Positions 1-12,642 of a stretch of DNA of 64,000 bases are shown piece after piece; the stretch's first letter is position 1; each line of letters begins with the position of its first letter. Origin of the DNA: Caecitellus pseudoparvulus (Eukaryota > Protista > Bigyra: Bicosoecida). The DNA lies in the NCBI GenBank assembly GCA_965644315.1, contig CBFFRQ010000078.1, positions 310,001 to 374,000 on the forward strand, written 5' to 3'. Both the position numbers and the translations under genes were made by a program. Under the pieces are notes generated by a model. That model was given only the letters and a program-made list of their open reading frames with translations. It did no database searches and was not told the origin of the DNA.

Positions 1-3000
1 AGAGACCTGCACCGTGGCTCCTTCCTTCGTGCCGCGGTACATGAAGTCGAACAGGTGCCCGTAGTCTGAGTTGGAGGTGTCTGCGTCAGGCAGGTCCTCC
101 CCTGCTGCCTCCTCCAACAGGCGGTCCTGCTTCACTTGCCCGACGTGGCGCCGGAAGAGGGCGGTAAGGAGGGCCTGGGAGGCAGGGGCTTGCTTGGCAA
201 TCCACGCATCGGTAACGGGCTTCCAGTCCAGATCCACGTCGGACACGTACACGATGCCAGACCGGGACACTGTCGCAGGGGACGCGTTGCGCAAGTCCAT
301 GGCTTCGAAGAGCAGGCGGCACTTCTCAGACATGGCGAAGCGGTCGCCGTTCGGCAGGGTGAGCAGCTTGTTGTCGTCCATGACGGAGTTCAGGCTCTCG
401 ATCCACATCGTGTCCACGGGGCCATCCATGATGAGCCATGAGATGTACGCGTTGTCGCGGCGGTTGGCACGCTCGAAAATGGAAGAGAAGATTCCCACCG
501 TCCACTCCCCAGTGTTGATGTCCGTCTCACCGTACAGCTCTGTCTCGGCGACTGACTTCGGGTTCATGCGGGTGATGCGGTACTGCTGGCCGTCCTTCTC
601 CTGCAAGGCGCGAGCCAGCGTGTTGAAAATGGCACTCTTGCCGCCACCTGAGGGACCGATGACCATGAGCGCATGTCGCACCAAGTTGGTGTCATTCAGC
701 TGCTTCACCTTGGAGACCCAGCTGCTCCACGGCACCAGCTGCGTCGTGCGCAGAGCGGACTCGATGTACGGCAGCAGGTCATCGGTGGCACCCTCGGCTT
801 GCTCGGCAACACCAGGGAAGAGGTCCCGCAGCATGCTCAGGAACAGGGGCACATCCTGAGCCACCAGCTTGGACAGGTTCATGTCACGCAGGGTGCGGTA
901 CAGCAGGATGTACTCATCCACGTCCAAATTGTCTCGCTTGGTGGCACCGGCAGTGCGCAGCACGGATAGGATGTTTCGCAGGCCGAAGTCATAGTGGCGC
1001 TGGTTGGACAGCTGCTGGGAGGCGATGAAGTACGCCGTGAAGAACTTCTTGGACAGCTGGGAGAAGAGGGAGTACCCAGCCGTGACCAGCTTCACCTTGA
1101 TGATGGCCTCGCGGTCGGGCACCATCATGGCCACGGAGCGGAACAGCGCCTTCAAGTTCTCAGGCAGCTCCTGGCGCCCAGCGTAGCCGGGGTTCATGGT
1201 GATGTAGAAGCCGCAAATGGGGTTCAGCGTCACGTAGTTGGGCAGGCCCGTGTCTCGCGTCAGGGCAGCGGCGTCGCCAGGGAAGGCGAACTGCTTCGCG
1301 CCCGCACGGCGTGCGTTCAACACCGCCTGCACCTGCTGTGCCACCACGGACAGCACAGGCAGGGTGATGCGGTTGAACTCATCGAAGCAGCCCCAGAGAC
1401 CAGCCTGGCACAGGCCCTTGAAGATCTTGGCACAGTCAGTGTACCGCATCTCGGAGGAGCAGTTTGTGACGACGACGTACAGGCCCAGCGTGCGCCCCAT
1501 GTCCTTCACCGTCTCCGTCTTGCCCGTGCCAGCGGGGCCTGCAGGCGCCCCGCCGAAGTACATGGAGTATGCTTGAGCGAGGGTGATGTAGCAGCGGTCG
1601 GTGAGCTGTGTGATGACGAGGCGCTCCTTGCAGCCGAGGTACTCGTACTGGTACTTGAAGTCCACGTCAGTGACGGAGATGACAATGGAGCCGTCGGGGG
1701 ACACGTCATCCCCTTCATCGGCACGGGAGTAGAAGCGGCACTGCTTCAGCCAGTCGAACATGTTGGGGGACAGGGTCATGCCACGGTTGGCCTTGAGGGT
1801 CTCCAAGAAGTCGTCGATGATCTGCGTCTGGTGCACTTGGATGGTCACGAGCGTCTCGATCTTGATGCGGTTCAGCTTGGAGCCGAGGTCTGTGAGGCAC
1901 CAGCGGGACAAGTCAGCCTGCACGCCGTCATGCTTGGCCTTGACGCCCTTGAGCGCGCCCCGGCTGCCAACTGCCAGCGCTGCCTCCATGTCTGATGTCC
2001 ACAGCAGCTGGATGCCCAGCAGTGCGTACTGGCCACAGGACTCGTTGACAAAGCCCCTCAGGCGGTTCTCGATGTTGCTGGAAATGATGGCGATCTCTGT
2101 CGCGCAGTCATCAGCCTCGTCCTTCATCGTGCGCCGCATCTCCGTCAGCAGCTGGTGCAGCCACTCCTCAATGATGTTGGACTTGATGACGACTGGGCGC
2201 CGCAGCTCGATCTCTTCCTTCGCGTTGCCCAGGCGAGACATCATCTTCGTGATGCGGTTCTTGTCCTTGCGGTCATGCTCTACTCGGGAAATGGCGTCAA
2301 AGAGCTTGGAGTAGTACTCCTGAATAGCCTGCGGCTCGGAGCCCTGGCTCAGGATCTTCAGCAGCACCGGGTCTGACACGAAATAGAAGCGAGGGAAGAG
2401 GTTGCGCTTAGTCTCCAGGTACCCAAACAGGCTCTTCTGGCAGTTCTCCAGCTCCTCGAACATGCCCGGCAGGGACGTCTTGAGCACTTCGTTGGCGCAA
2501 GCAGGCAGAACAAAGTCAGTGCTGTGTGCGGAGGCCTGGTTGCGCACAAAGTCCGTGTCCAGGCGTGCGAAGCGCCGGGCGACGCGGGGCATCTGCTTGG
2601 GAATGTCGCCCTTCAGGAACACCGCCTCCAAGGAGGACCACATGCTCTGCACCTTGATCCACAGCTCCAGCGTCTCGCTGGTGTCGCTGAGCTCCTTGAG
2701 CATGCCCTGGGCTCGGCCCTTGAAGCGGCCAATGTGACGGGCGGTCAGCATGGTCTGCAGCTGCAACTGGCTCTCCTCCAGCTCCTCCACTGTGACAGGC
2801 ACGTTTTGCAGGAGGGGCACGGCGGTCTTGCGGTCAGCAGCCATGGTGAAGGAGAAGCGGGCTACGCGCCACTTCTCCTCGATCTCGTCCAGCTTCTGCA
2901 GGATGGCCATCTGCTGCTGCGCGGAGTGGCACAGCGCCTCGATGTCGTCTGCGTGGTCCACGAGGTTCGCCTCCACCAGGTCCTTCAGGCGAAACTCAGG

Positions 3001-6000
3001 GTTGTACACGGACAACTCCTTGCCCACCAGCGTAGACAGCTCCTCCCAGTGCCAGGACTGCATGTAGTCCGCTGACAGCCGGTGCAGGAGAGGCAGCACG
3101 GTCTGGAAGTCCTCGATGCTGCCTCGCAGCTGCTTGTACGCATCCCACGTGCGCAGGCGCTTTGGCATCTTCTTGCAGCGCATGAAGAAGGAGTCCATCT
3201 CGTGGGTCATTGTGTCGATGTTCTTGACAACGTCAGCCCACAAAATGGTCTCGAACTCGCCCATCTTGCCCATCACATCGCGGTACAGGGTGTACAGCTT
3301 GCTGAGCAGCTGCAACTGTGTGCGTGTCTCCTCCAGCAGAGGGTACTCCGTGATGGGCAGGGCGAACAGCTGCTCGCCACCCTGGTACAGCTCTGCTTTG
3401 CGCTGCATGATCTCGAACTTGTCCTCGAAGCGCTTGAGCCGGTCCATGGCCTCTTCTGGGGCCAAGCCCTGCACCATGGGTCCGTTGCGCTCGTAGTCCT
3501 TCCAGAAGGCCTCCACCTGCACGACAAAGGCCCGCACGTCAGACAGCAGCTCCTTGCGGAAGCCGCCCTGCAAGGACGTGATGGAGTCCTGCACCTTGTC
3601 TGCCCGGTCCACGAGCTTGCCCCAGGACGACTGCAGGACTGTCTTCAGGTCCTGCTCGTCCTTGGACATGTACCCGGGTGGCATGTAGCTCTCCAGCATG
3701 TCGTACACCTGCATGACGGGGCGAATCTCGTTCTCAATCACGCTTTCCTTCTCCCGCACCTCCACCAGCGTGTTCATGACGAAGCGCAAGCTGTCCAGGG
3801 TGTCCACTGGGCGCGTCACCTTGGTGCTCTGCGTCTTGATGTACTCGGCGATGTCGCCCATGGCAGCACGGGTGGCCTTGTGCAGGTTCTCTGCATAGCG
3901 AGCCTTCCACGTGTGTGCCCGCGCTGCCAGCGCCTGCTTCAAGTGGGCAGTCTGCAGGGACAGGGCGCCAATGTGGTTCACATCTGCGATGTCCTCTGCC
4001 TTGAGCGCGACAGACTTGAAGTGCTTCAGGCGCCCCTCGTACTGCTCAATGCCGGGCTGGCCGCCCTTGATGAAGGCTGCGTAGCTCTCGTCCACATCCT
4101 GCTCCCACAGCCAGGAGTACTCGTCGAAGGAAGCGAGGTACTCTGCCACCTGGTCCTTCAGGCTCTGCACTGAGCCAGTCAGCAGCAGCGCCACGCGCAC
4201 CACCTCGATGTCCCGCCCCACACGCTGGAAGAAGGACACGCGGTCCTCCTCGGGGACGTCCCCTTGCCCCCACTCTGCCAGTTCCTTGGTGCTGTGCAGC
4301 ACCGCGTGTGCGGTGCGCGTGATGGCCCGCTGTACATCGCCGAGGGAGGGGGACAGCGCAACCTTGGCTTCGTAGGTGCCGGAGGGCCTGGGACCAGCAG
4401 GCTCCGAACCAGGTGGGCCCTCGCCGGCACCTGTCGCTGCCCCACCGACGCCGGGCACGTATGTGTCCAGGAGCTTCAGGTCCACCTCGAAGAAAGGGTG
4501 CACGAGGCCGAGGTAAGCTGTCTTGGCGGGGTCCAGGGAGGACATGCGGGAGGACACTCGTCGCTTGAGGGCGTTGAGGGAGGACTTGATGCAGGCCAGG
4601 AGGGAGGAGAAGAAGAAGTGGTTGTAGTGCTCCCGCAGGCGCAGGATGTCTTCTTCCTTCACAGCGGCGATGTGGGGGTCCAGGGGATACCCCACGATGA
4701 GGGACAGCAAGTCCTCCACGGCGTTCTCCACCTCCAGGTTCTTGCCCTGCAGGAAGGACACGCGCTTCGTGATGCTGTCCTGCTGCAGGGACACGAAGTC
4801 GTCCAGTGTGAAGGCGGCGTCCTCAGGCAGCTCCAGGAGCAAGGTCTGGGACACGGTCTTCAGGTTCTTCTCCACGCGGTTCTCAATGACGTCGTTGATG
4901 TTGCACACGAGCTCCTCCAGGCGCCGCAGGCCTGCCATGACGTGCTGGATGTACGAGTCGATGTTCATGCTGGTCCAGGTCAGGGTGACCATGCCCGGGC
5001 GCAGCTTGTACTCGAGGTCGTGCACAGCTGGGCGCAGCAGCTGGGCTGTGACGGGGATGATCTTGTTGGTGATGCGGGCGTACTCGTGTAGGGCGTGGGT
5101 GAGCTGGGCGTAGTACGCCTTGAACTTCTCCTCCTGCAGCAGGACAGTCTTGGCCGCCTCAGGCACCTCGATGCCCATGCGGTCCAGGCACTTGGCCTCG
5201 CGGATCAGCTGTGCAATCTCGCTGTCGAAGTTCACGTACAGCTTGCCATCCTCGGGGTGCCGCACGATGAGGGTGGCTTGCAGGCCACCCTTGGCCACCT
5301 CCACGCTGTCCACCCACGCCTGGTACCACAGGTACTCAAACGCCACCAGGGTGCGAGCGATGCGGTTGTACGCCTTGATCACACGGCGGGAGTCCTTGGA
5401 GGCCAGCAACACGCTCTGCTGCTCGAACTCCTTCATGGGCGCCTCAATGCGCTTGAGCAGGTGGCGAGCCCAAGCGATGTTGCCGGCGACGGGCGGCAGG
5501 TTGCGCGGCACAGGCGGCGTCAGGCGGTGCTTCTCGTACAGCGCCCGCACCACCTCCAGCTCGCCGTAGTACGTGGCGAACACCAGGGCGTACTTCTCAG
5601 CCAGCTCAGCTTTGAGGCTCTCCCGCTGCAGGATGCTCTGGAACTTCTTGAGCAGGCGCAGGGCGCGCATGACGTTTGCTACCCGCTCGAAAGAGGAGTT
5701 GATGAAGGCCTGCAGCTTGCCCTCCAGGTCCTGGATCTGCACGTTGAACTCCACGTAGTCGCGGTCGAAGTTGTTGTCCTCGAACGCCAGCAGGTCGTGC
5801 TTCTTGGCCTGGAAGGCTTGAATGTCCGCTTTAAACTCTTCCACCAGTGGACCCATGCCCTCCAGCTGGTGCGTTGCGATGGCGGCGAACTGCACCCGTG
5901 TCGCGGACAGGTCCATGAGTTTGATGGTGCGGCGGGCAAACAGCTCCATGCGACCAAAGATCGCCTGCTCGTCAAAGGTGAACTGCTTCACCTGCGCCTG

Positions 6001-7549
6001 CGCCGCCAGCGCCTCCTTCGTGAAGCGGTACGTGTCCTGCAGCGCCTCGTTCAGGCGCAGGGTCTGCTCCAACGCGTGCAGCAACACCGTGGGGTCCTTG
6101 CTCCACAGGTGCGTGCCCTTCTGCTTCACGTCGCCGCCGGCAGCGAGGATGTACTTGCAGCACCGCGCGATCATCTGCGCTGTGATGCGCTGGAACAGGT
6201 CCTGCATGCGTTCACGGTCGTTGCCGAAGTAGCGGGAGATGTGGAACACCATCTTGATGCTGTTCATGAGGGCTGGCAGGGCATCCACAATCTGTGGCGG
6301 CGTCTGCGTGTACAGCGGCTCGATGAACTTCTCCAGCGTGGAGAGGTACTTCACGTTGTCCCGCGCTTCGTTGGCAGCCTCCGTCACGGACACGTCCAGC
6401 GTCTTCCACCGCCGCAGCAGGGTGAAGGAAGTGGACCGCACGTGGTCTGACGCGGAGCCAGAGCGAGACACCATCTGGGTCATGACTGTGATCACTTGCC
6501 GGAAGCTGCGCGAGCGGGTCTGCTCAACGATGCTGGCCAGCTTCTGCGTGCGAATGCGCCAGAACTCGATGATGCCGCGGGGCCCCACGCGGTCCGTCAC
6601 CATGCTCTCTTCGTCCTGCTCGGACAGGTGTGCCTCGATGTCGTCACACCAGCTCTCCAGCAGCGTCTCCAAGTTCCGCACCAGGTCTGGATGCGCTGCG
6701 CTGTACGCCACGACGTCGATGGCGGCCTCCTCCAGGTCATACTGTGGTGGGGGCTGCTCCAGCTCGATGCCACCGCCGATGTTGCGCAGCGTGTCGCCCA
6801 GGCTTCCAGCGAAGGCAGACACGTCAGCACGGAAGGCCTCCACTTCGCCCTCCTTCAACTGCCCCCAGGCCGCATGGGACTCGGCCAGCAGGGGCATGAA
6901 CACTTCTGACAGCTGGCTCTCCAGCGCAGCCAGCAAGTCAGGCGTCAAGTCGCCAAACGCGACCTTGCCGTCCAACGCCACATCCATGCTGAGACGTTCA
7001 CCCTCCGGCGCCGACCGCATGACAAAAGCGCCCTTCCCGGTGAGGCGGTCAGAGTCACCGTGGGTCAAGAACATCTCAGGAGGGCCAGTGCCGGGAATCA
7101 CCTCGCCATCCTGCACAGGGGGAAGCGGGGAGGGCGTGGGGCCGAGCGTTCGGCTGATGCACGATCTTGCCGTCGCATGCGACATGCCGTTCGACGCACA
7201 GGCGTGATGTCGTCCCGGCTCTGGTAGAAGATGAGGAGCTTGGACACCCCGCCAGTGCCTTCCAGCAGCTGCCGAAGGGCAGCCTGCACATCATCCTGTT
7301 CCAGGAATGCCGCCACAGCGTCCTGGCTGACGCCGAAAGACGTGGCCAGCCTGTGGGGGACGAAATTGCACGTGCCGTTTTCGAGCCGCTTGCAGTGAGG
7401 GACAGGCGCCGGCACAGGGCGCGCCCCGCGCTCAACACAGAGCAGTGCACACACCTGTCGGCAATCCATTGGATGCGAGGGGCGTGGCGGGAAGAGGGTT
7501 CAGGGTCCTCCCCGATCGCCCGCCGGGCTCCATACAGAGCGGCTGCCAT
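1..7549 (-). CDS. Axonemal dynein heavy chain, outer-arm gamma type (DNAH5/DNAH8-like); 5' part only, continues past the left edge
   Basis: Manual translation of the minus strand gives the AAA1 P-loop YFGGAPAGPAGTGKTETVKD (~1500-1560), LWGCFDEFNRI (~1370-1400), ITMNPGYAGRQELPENLK (~1150-1205), AAA2 IGPSGGGK (~637-660) and the tail motif LPPVAGNIAWARHLLKRIEAPM (~5435-5500). ATG at 7549, two short introns (~7455-7352 and ~7202-7111), then one long exon to position 1. It is missing from the ORF track because it has no stop in the window. Confidence 0.96.
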
Positions 7550-8081
7550 GCTGCGAGGCCGGCTGAGGACAGCTGCCGAGCACGGGCGCCACGAGAAGGG
7601 GCACAGCGGGGGGCTGGGAGAGCCCTAGGCACACAGATTACTCTGTGCCTTTCGCTCGCCACTCGCGCGCCAACCAGGCACGGCAGTGGCGGGGGCGGCG
7701 TGACGAGTGCTGCCGCTTGCTGTGCAGGTGAGCTGCACAGGGGAAGCAGGGAAAGCCGGAGCTGGCCTGCTTGAATCGTATTGCTGTCGTGGGGCGTGTG
7801 GTCACGAAGCAGGGTCTTGTTTGTCGCAGATATCGCGGGTGCGGGAATGTGTGCAGCTTCGACCTCTGGTTCCGCAGCCGCATGCGACGAGGCGCATTTG
7901 GCACAGCCGGAGCACAGACAGGTGCCTGACCTGCGTCAAAAAAATCATTCATCCTGCCGCATCGTATACACACAAATCAATTTCCTCTGCTCTTACTTCC
8001 TGCACATGCCTGCGAAGGGCTGAGTCGTCGCAGCAGGGTGTGAGGCGATTTCCGCACGAACCGCTGCAGACAACGGACACC

Positions 8082-9331
8082 ATGCGGGGCCCAGCGTGGA
8101 AGGTGGCAGCCGCTCTTGTTGTATTGAGTGTCACCTGTGTGGCGGCTGACTACACGCCGCCTACGTACGTCGTGGACGTCGGCCTGCCCCCCAAGCAACG
8201 CTGGACGCAGGCGATCTCAGGCGTGGTGGCAGCTCATGGTTGGGAAGGCTCGTTTGGGACTTTGCTGGGCTGGGCGCGCAGCATCCCCTTCTTCCCAGAG
8301 CTGCTGGACATCATCAACCCTATTTTCGAGGATGTCTTGCCGTACATGGGCGAGTACGGTGGCGAAATCGAGGTGAGGCGGTCAGGGCAAAGTGCACTGC
8401 ACCTGGCTCCACTTTCACTCCGCTCACTGCTGCTTGGCCGCAGGGCGTGTGGGAGACACTGCAACAGGTGCACCCAAACGTGACAGCCGAATCGTCATTG
8501 GGGGAAATCGTCGCGCTGAATGCCATCTACTCCCTGTCTGCCTTTTGCACGAGCATCGTGGCCGAGCACGCCAACGGCACAATTTTCCACGGCCGTAACT
8601 TGGACTACCCGCTGCCTGGCCTGCGCGGATTGACAGCCGACGTGACCTTCATCAACTCTTCCACGGGGTCCAGCTCTCCGTTGTATCACGGGACAGCTTT
8701 CCTGGGCTACGTTGGCTTGTTGACTGGCATGAAGCCGGGTGTGGTCAGCATCAGCGTGAACCAGCGCACAGTGAACGGCAGCCAGCCCGTGCAGGAGTTC
8801 CTGAAGAACATCGAGCAGGCACTGTCGGGGGGCAAGCTCACAGGCCTCTTTGTTCGGGAAACCCTGGCAACTGCGCCAGACTACCACTCGGCCGTGGCGT
8901 CCCTGAACAGCACCGCACTCATCGCCCCAGTGTACTTGACTGTCGGCGGTGTCAGCCGCGGCGAGGGCGCCATCATCACCCGAAACAGAGACCACGCAGA
9001 TGACTCAGCTGGTGCAGCCAACGGCATCTGGTCCCTGGACACGGCGACTGGCGGCTGGTATCGCCTGGAAACGAACTACGACCACTGGAAGCCGGCGGGC
9101 GACGGCCGGCGCGCGGCGGGCAACGACGCCATGCGGCGCTTCACCAGCAACACCATCGATTTGACTGCCCTGCGTAAGGTGCTGTCCACCCACCCGGTGC
9201 TCAACGCCGACACGCAGTACACGTCTCTCATGTCTGCCGCCACCGGGGCGTACAGCACAATCGTGCGGGAATCCAGCTCGGCAAAGGGGCACTTGCGCCT
9301 CGGCAGCGACGGCGTGTGGCGTGTGCAGTGA
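8082..9331 (+). CDS. Acid ceramidase / N-acylethanolamine acid amidase family (Ntn hydrolase) with signal peptide
   Basis: Signal peptide MRGPAWKVAAALVVLSVTCVAA, then YVVDVGLPPKQRW. One intron (~8373-8443) joins the frame carrying the catalytic N-terminal-nucleophile motif CTSIVA...FHGRNLDY, GYVGLLTGMKPG and LETNYDHWKP. Confidence 0.93.
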
Positions 9332-9334
9332 TGC

Positions 9335-9357
9335 AATGCAGCGGACAAGTGTGCATT
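9335..9357. terminator. Paired candidate polyadenylation signals (AATGCA on + at 9335-9340, on - at 9352-9357) between convergent genes
   Basis: The 27-bp gap between two stop codons holds one sense-oriented AATGCA per gene. The same motif recurs at most 3' ends in the window. Confidence 0.65.
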
Positions 9358-9358
9358 G

Positions 9359-12300
9359 CTACGCCATGGCTAGCAGCAGGGAGTCGTCGGCGTGGCGATG
9401 GGGCGGCTGGGCGGCCGGCTGCACGTCGTCCTGCTCGGTGCTGCCGTCGCCCAGCGCGACCAGCTCCTCAAACACGACCAACGCGTTTCCCGACAGTGTG
9501 ACGGAAGGCACAGTGCCCCCCGATGCTGCTAGGTCGCCGGCAGTGCGCCCTTCCACCTGCCCGGCCTCCCACACCCTCAGTGGCAGCACCTCCCCTTCGT
9601 CGCCTGTGGCGAGTGTCGCGTGCGCCAGCCAGTGCCCAGCGACGGCGCGGTGCTCGCCGGCAGCTTCCCCCGCCTCCTGCACACTGCGGCACAGCCTGCG
9701 TGTTGTATCACCGAGCACCTGCGAAGCCTGCTCCACAGCAGGGGCCATGGCAGTGGCCAGGAATGTAGTGAGGAGGCGAGAAAGCTGTGGTTTGGCCAGG
9801 AGGCCGTTGTGGGCGATGTCGAACTCTGCCGCGCCGAGGACGACTTCCGCAGCTGCTGCCAGCGCCCCGACGCTCCCGATGACCTTCGAGACACCCACGA
9901 CACAGTGCGCCGTCAGGGCGGCAGGGCTGAGGGATGTAGCAGTGGCTGACGTGAGGCCAGCGGACCCTGTGAGTGCCCTGCACCGCTCCAGCACGCCGGC
10001 ACCCGCACCAGTGCGCACAGCTGCTGCGAGAGCCCCTGACGCACACTGTGCGAGTTGCTGTGCAGTGGGCGCCCCCTGGGGAAGGCTGGTCAGCAAGAAG
10101 GATGCCAGGCACATGGACTGGGCGGCCCCCTCAAGCTGCGGGGTGTGGGTCTGGCTCGGGCCAGGAGCCAGCAGGCCCAACGCTGCAGCGGTGAACAGCC
10201 GTGCGACAGGCCACTGCCCGGCCAGAGACGCCAAAGTCTCGCGCACACTGGAAATGCTGCCGCTTCCGCTGGGCAGGAAAGAGAGGGGGGCCGTCGCACC
10301 ACTTACAGCTGCTGCAGTGAGGCTGTGCAGCTGAGCGAGAACGGGGTGCGGCACGTCTTGCCCGGTCAGGGCGTGGTCCAGCACGGCGCGGACTTGGGCG
10401 CTTTCAGAGAAGAACACAAGCTCTGTTCCGACTCCCGCCTGCTGCAGGGCCGTCTCCGACATGCCAGGCCTCTCCATGACAGCCGTGTGCATGCACTGCA
10501 ACAGGCGGGTGCGGGCGCCGGAGCCGCCTTCTTCGCCCTTGCCCACGGTCCGTAACAACACCCACTGAGCTGTGAGGTACCCCAGAGCATGCCGAGCAGC
10601 GGTGGAGACGCCCGCTGCGGGAGCCGTCATGAGCAGCAGCAGCAACACCCGCACTGCCTTGGACGTGAGGGCCAGCTGAGCAGCGACAGGCCACGAGGCA
10701 GAGCCGACGCCCCCCACACTGCGCGCTTCCTGCAGCATGCGTGGCGTGGGCTTGGAGGCCAGGATGCTGGCCAGGACCTGCGTCTGGGCCTGTGCGAGGT
10801 GGGCGCTGCGCAGGGCAGGAGCCGCCGTGGCCACAGCCTTGACCAGGGCGCTGCGCAAGACAGCGGTGGTGGACGTGGCTGTGAGAGCTGTTGCTGCCAC
10901 CATGTCCACGGCGCTGGTGAGGGGGAGGGCTGCAGCGGGGGCAGAGGCCGCCACGCCGCCACTGGCGCCGCCCGCGTCGGCCCCGTCCAATGCTGCCCCA
11001 ATGCACTGCGCACACGTGGCCAGGCGAGCCACCACCTCATCGGGCAGGCATGCCAGCAGGGGGTGCGCAGGGGTGGTCGACTGCGCAGTGGCAGCTGCCA
11101 GTGGACCCTCCCCGCCACTGGCCTGGGAAGGTTCCGTTGAAGCACGCCCCCCTGGTTGCTGCAGACGAGGCCAGGGGGGCAAGTGGCTCATGAGAGCCAC
11201 ACTCACAGCAGTGTGGCCCAGCATGACCAGAGCAGCGGGGTCATCCTGCAGGGAGGCAGCCACCGGATCCCCCCCCAGGCGCACCTGCAGCCCCGTGCCC
11301 GCGTCGGGCGCCCACCCCACAAGCGTCAGTGTGCCATCCTCTCCCTCCAGCACCGCGTACACCAACGCATCCCCCTCGGTGGGCGAGCCAGCAAACACCA
11401 CCTCCAGCACTGTCGCACATGTATCTGGGGTGGCTGACTTCAGAGAGCCTGAAGCTAGCCCCTCTGGGGAGCTGGTGAAGGCAGGCAGGTCTGCCAGCGG
11501 CACGGCCGCGGTGCAGGCCCAGGCTGGCCCTGTGGCGTCCTGGCTCACAGCGTACTTCCACAGACTCAGCTCAGGCCCTCGGGGTGTGTCCAGCACGCCG
11601 GCCACGCAGCGGGAGCCCAGGTCCGCCCCTGCGCCCAAGACGTCTGCAGCCTCCACTGGCCACGCCAGCGTGCCGCAGTCCTCCTGAGCTGCGCCAGTTT
11701 GCAGGTCCAGGGACACAAGGTGGGCCCCCGTGTCTGTGAGCAGGGCGAGGCGAAGCACCGTGCCTGTCAGGGCAGCCTGCAGGCCCAACGCCGTGCAGCC
11801 CTGGCGCCCCTGCAGCAGGGAGACGCTGCGCACATCGCCAGGAGGCGCCCCTGCGGCTGTGGGGGGGGGCAGCACCCCCGCACTCAGGGCACCGCCGTCT
11901 GTTGCGGCAGCAAAGGCCACCTGCCCTTGACCAGGCAACGCGGCCAGGCGCAAGTGGCACGGCGCGTCAGGGGAAGCGGCGGGCGACGCAGGCAGGGGTG
12001 TGCAGTGGGAGGCGTGCACAACAAAGGCAGAGGAGGCAGCTGCACCTGCCCCACTGGGCACCGTTGCGTTCGCGCTGTGCCACGCCGCGATGTGCAGGGC
12101 GCCATCCTGGCCGGCCAAGAGTGCAGCGAAGACAGAGCCAGCGGCGTGGGAACCCTGCAGGGCCTGCACCGTCACCACAGAGACGGAGGAGATGGGAAAG
12201 TGGCAGAAGTAGGAACTGCCGCCTTCAGAGAAGATAATGTAGGCCGGCGTGATGGCCACGGCTGTGGTTCCACTCAGCCTGTGCTGGGCATCTCCGCCTG

Positions 12301-12436
12301 CGCGCCCGTTGGAACGAACAGTGGTGACACATCTGCAGGGCCTCACGCTGACACTTGGCAAGCGCACAGTGCAGCTCAGGGGCTCACCTTTCTGGATGAA
12401 TGCCTGGTGCACATTACTCAGCTCGTGTGTCGCCAT
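9359..12436 (-). CDS. Hypothetical protein (~1025 aa, Ala-rich; possibly beta-rich N-terminal half and helical C-terminal half)
   Basis: Long uninterrupted ORF 9359..12646; first plausible ATG is MATHELSNV at 12436. AATGCA follows the stop on the sense strand. No family recognised. Confidence 0.7.
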   Translation of the reverse strand: MATHELSNVHQAFIQKGEPLSCTVRLPSVSVRPCRCVTTVRSNGRAGGDAQHRLSGTTAVAITPAYIIFSEGGSSYFCHFPISSVSVVTVQALQGSHAAGSVFAALLAGQDGALHIAAWHSANATVPSGAGAAASSAFVVHASHCTPLPASPAASPDAPCHLRLAALPGQGQVAFAAATDGGALSAGVLPPPTAAGAPPGDVRSVSLLQGRQGCTALGLQAALTGTVLRLALLTDTGAHLVSLDLQTGAAQEDCGTLAWPVEAADVLGAGADLGSRCVAGVLDTPRGPELSLWKYAVSQDATGPAWACTAAVPLADLPAFTSSPEGLASGSLKSATPDTCATVLEVVFAGSPTEGDALVYAVLEGEDGTLTLVGWAPDAGTGLQVRLGGDPVAASLQDDPAALVMLGHTAVSVALMSHLPPWPRLQQPGGRASTEPSQASGGEGPLAAATAQSTTPAHPLLACLPDEVVARLATCAQCIGAALDGADAGGASGGVAASAPAAALPLTSAVDMVAATALTATSTTAVLRSALVKAVATAAPALRSAHLAQAQTQVLASILASKPTPRMLQEARSVGGVGSASWPVAAQLALTSKAVRVLLLLLMTAPAAGVSTAARHALGYLTAQWVLLRTVGKGEEGGSGARTRLLQCMHTAVMERPGMSETALQQAGVGTELVFFSESAQVRAVLDHALTGQDVPHPVLAQLHSLTAAAVSGATAPLSFLPSGSGSISSVRETLASLAGQWPVARLFTAAALGLLAPGPSQTHTPQLEGAAQSMCLASFLLTSLPQGAPTAQQLAQCASGALAAAVRTGAGAGVLERCRALTGSAGLTSATATSLSPAALTAHCVVGVSKVIGSVGALAAAAEVVLGAAEFDIAHNGLLAKPQLSRLLTTFLATAMAPAVEQASQVLGDTTRRLCRSVQEAGEAAGEHRAVAGHWLAHATLATGDEGEVLPLRVWEAGQVEGRTAGDLAASGGTVPSVTLSGNALVVFEELVALGDGSTEQDDVQPAAQPPHRHADDSLLLAMA

Positions 12437-12642
12437 GGCAGGTGGGGCGCCACCAGTGGCGCAGCGTGTGGAGTTTCGCACGAAACTCCGGACTGCAGAC
12501 CAGCTCTGGGACGACCACGCAAACAGCTGCTTGGGAGCTGTGCGGAACCCTGCAGGCAGTTCAAATACATTTGCTGCTGTCATCAATCCGTCTGCTACGT
12601 CGCGGCCTTCCGCCAGGAGGGGGGGGGCACCCGACGTCCAAG

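Noticed and set aside
71-7207. Many long plus-strand ORFs (e.g. 994..1995, 3082..4173, 5095..6450)
   Set aside because: Antisense shadows of the strongly codon-biased dynein gene on the minus strand; no recognisable domains.
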